Positions 62,599 through 64,000 of a DNA stretch of 64,000 nucleotides are shown in pieces. The translations under genes and the position numbers were made by a program. Numbering within the stretch: position 1 is the stretch's first letter; the number at the start of each line of letters is the position of its first letter. The DNA comes from Desulfosudaceae bacterium (GTDB lineage Bacteria > Desulfobacterota > Desulfobacteria > Desulfobacterales > Desulfosudaceae), in assembly GCA_963674745.2 (NCBI GenBank), contig CAXXDV010000003.1:1312001-1376000 (forward strand), given 5' to 3'. Below the pieces are notes generated by a model, which worked only from the letters and a program-made list of their open reading frames with translations, had not been told where the DNA came from and made no database searches.

Positions 62599-63471
62599 TT
62601 ATTTTTTAAGTAAAGGGAAACCCATGGATTCTCTCTGTTCCAGGTACTGGCGGGCACATTTTCGGGCAATATCCCTGATTCTTTTAATGTACCCTGTTCT
62701 TTCAGTAACACTGATGGCCCCTCGTGCGTCAAGCAGGTTGAAGGTATGGGAACATTTCAGGCATAATTCATAAGCCGGCAGTACCAGCGAATGCGCCAGG
62801 ACACGATAGGCTTCCTGTTCGTATTTTTCAAAGAAAAGCAGGAGGCTGTCGACATCGGCATGCTCGAAATTATATCCGGACTGTTCCACTTCCTGCTGGA
62901 AATGCAGATCACCATAGGTGATACCGTCATCGGTCCATTGCAGATCATACACATTGTCTACCTGCTGCATGTACATGGCGATGCGTTCCAACCCATAAGT
63001 CAATTCAACGGATATGGGTGACAGTTCGATACTGCCGGCCGTCTGAAAATAGGTGAACTGGGTTACTTCCATACCGTCCAACCAGACTTCCCAGCCCAGA
63101 CCGGAGGCACCGAGTGTCGGAGACTCCCAGTCATCTTCTACAAAACGGATATCGTGATCTTCCGGTTTGATTCCCAGGGCGGCCAGGCTTTTGATATAAA
63201 GATTCTGGACATCCGGTGGTGAGGGTTTCATCAGAACCTGAAACTGGTAATAATGTTGCAGGCGGTTGGGATTTTCACCATAACGCCCATCGGTCGGGCG
63301 CCTGGACGGCTGGACATAAGCGACTTTCCACGGCTCGGGCCCGATGGCTTTCAGGAGCGTTTCCGGATGAAACGTTCCGGCACCGACTTCCAGATCATAT
63401 GGTTGAACCAGGACGCACCCTTTTTTTATCCAGAATTTTTGCAACGTCAGGATGATATCTTGAAAATTCAT
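62599..63471 (-). CDS. glyQ: Glycine-tRNA ligase alpha subunit
   Basis: [28 protein letters not shown]. Confidence 0.98.
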   Translation of the reverse strand: MNFQDIILTLQKFWIKKGCVLVQPYDLEVGAGTFHPETLLKAIGPEPWKVAYVQPSRRPTDGRYGENPNRLQHYYQFQVLMKPSPPDVQNLYIKSLAALGIKPEDHDIRFVEDDWESPTLGASGLGWEVWLDGMEVTQFTYFQTAGSIELSPISVELTYGLERIAMYMQQVDNVYDLQWTDDGITYGDLHFQQEVEQSGYNFEHADVDSLLLFFEKYEQEAYRVLAHSLVLPAYELCLKCSHTFNLLDARGAISVTERTGYIKRIRDIARKCARQYLEQRESMGFPLLKK

Positions 63472-63496
63472 TCACAACCCCAAATCGAATACACCG

Positions 63497-64000
63497 TTAA
63501 TCTGTTAACGAAATGCCGTCAGGCGCTATAAGCCCCTTTGTATCAATTCGCGTCTCCAGCAGGCAGGCATCATCCCGATTTTCCAGAAGCGTTTTCCACC
63601 TGCCTTTAAGGCGCGTGATATTTTCCGGTTTTCCTATGGCCCAGACGCATCCGCCACCACCGGCACCGGTGAACCTGACGCCACAGTTTATCTCTTTTGC
63701 TGCGGTCGCCAGACTCTCTCCCATATCATCAAAAACATCCGGTGTCATCTGTTTTCTGCAAGTACTGTCGCGGTTCATGGACACGATCGCTTCGTCGATT
63801 TTACCGGCTTTCAGGGCTTCGATAAAAGACCGGGCGCAGTCGATAATATCCTTCCACAGGTCGCGATCCTCAGCGCCGATAAAATGGCTCATCCATCGGC
63901 TGTTGATGTCCCTTGATTCATGAGGGATACCACAGTAAGCGACCGCAAACCGGTCGTTAAAGTCCTGACACTGTACGCCATCGAAAACAACGGTCCGCGT
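63497..64000 (-). CDS. GHMP-family kinase, C-terminal part (5' end outside the window)
   Basis: Frame open to the window edge; RFTGAGGGGC motif. Confidence 0.8.
   Translation of the reverse strand, partial: TRTVVFDGVQCQDFNDRFAVAYCGIPHESRDINSRWMSHFIGAEDRDLWKDIIDCARSFIEALKAGKIDEAIVSMNRDSTCRKQMTPDVFDDMGESLATAAKEINCGVRFTGAGGGGCVWAIGKPENITRLKGRWKTLLENRDDACLLETRIDTKGLIAPDGISLTD

Overview
64 kb of bacterial chromosome, most likely from a sulfate-reducing Desulfobacterota (Desulfobacterales-like) organism. This is inferred from gene content: a DVU0772-family gene, an ORP/NifX-family gene, FmdB zinc ribbons and sigma54 systems. The window appears to span the replication terminus: a dif-like XerCD site lies at 51430-51457 and KOPS-like octamers converge on it. 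The right third is housekeeping (tadA, purA, glmM, smc, ftsY, hup, ligA, glyQS, tRNA-Arg(ACG), tRNA-Pro(CGG)). The left two thirds are accessory metabolism and signalling: a stand-alone 2380-aa PfaB/C-type PUFA/PKS synthase, a CbbQ/CbbO-type AAA+/vWA chaperone pair with no visible client, c-di-GMP proteins, znuACB-zur and an orphan TRAP binding protein. The main features missed by the ORF track are: (1) a secreted PKD-repeat surface protein whose real reading frame has an in-frame UGA two residues after the predicted signal-peptide cleavage site, followed by a SECIS-like hairpin (candidate new selenoprotein); (2) a ~2.8 kb integrase-less island around that gene, bounded by a duplicated tRNA-Arg 3' end; (3) a possible U-x-x-U read-through tail on an FmdB gene; (4) a 177-bp MITE with an 8-bp target duplication just upstream of ligA; (5) tandem NrdR-box-like sites upstream of smc. 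All family assignments come from motif recognition by eye, not database searches.
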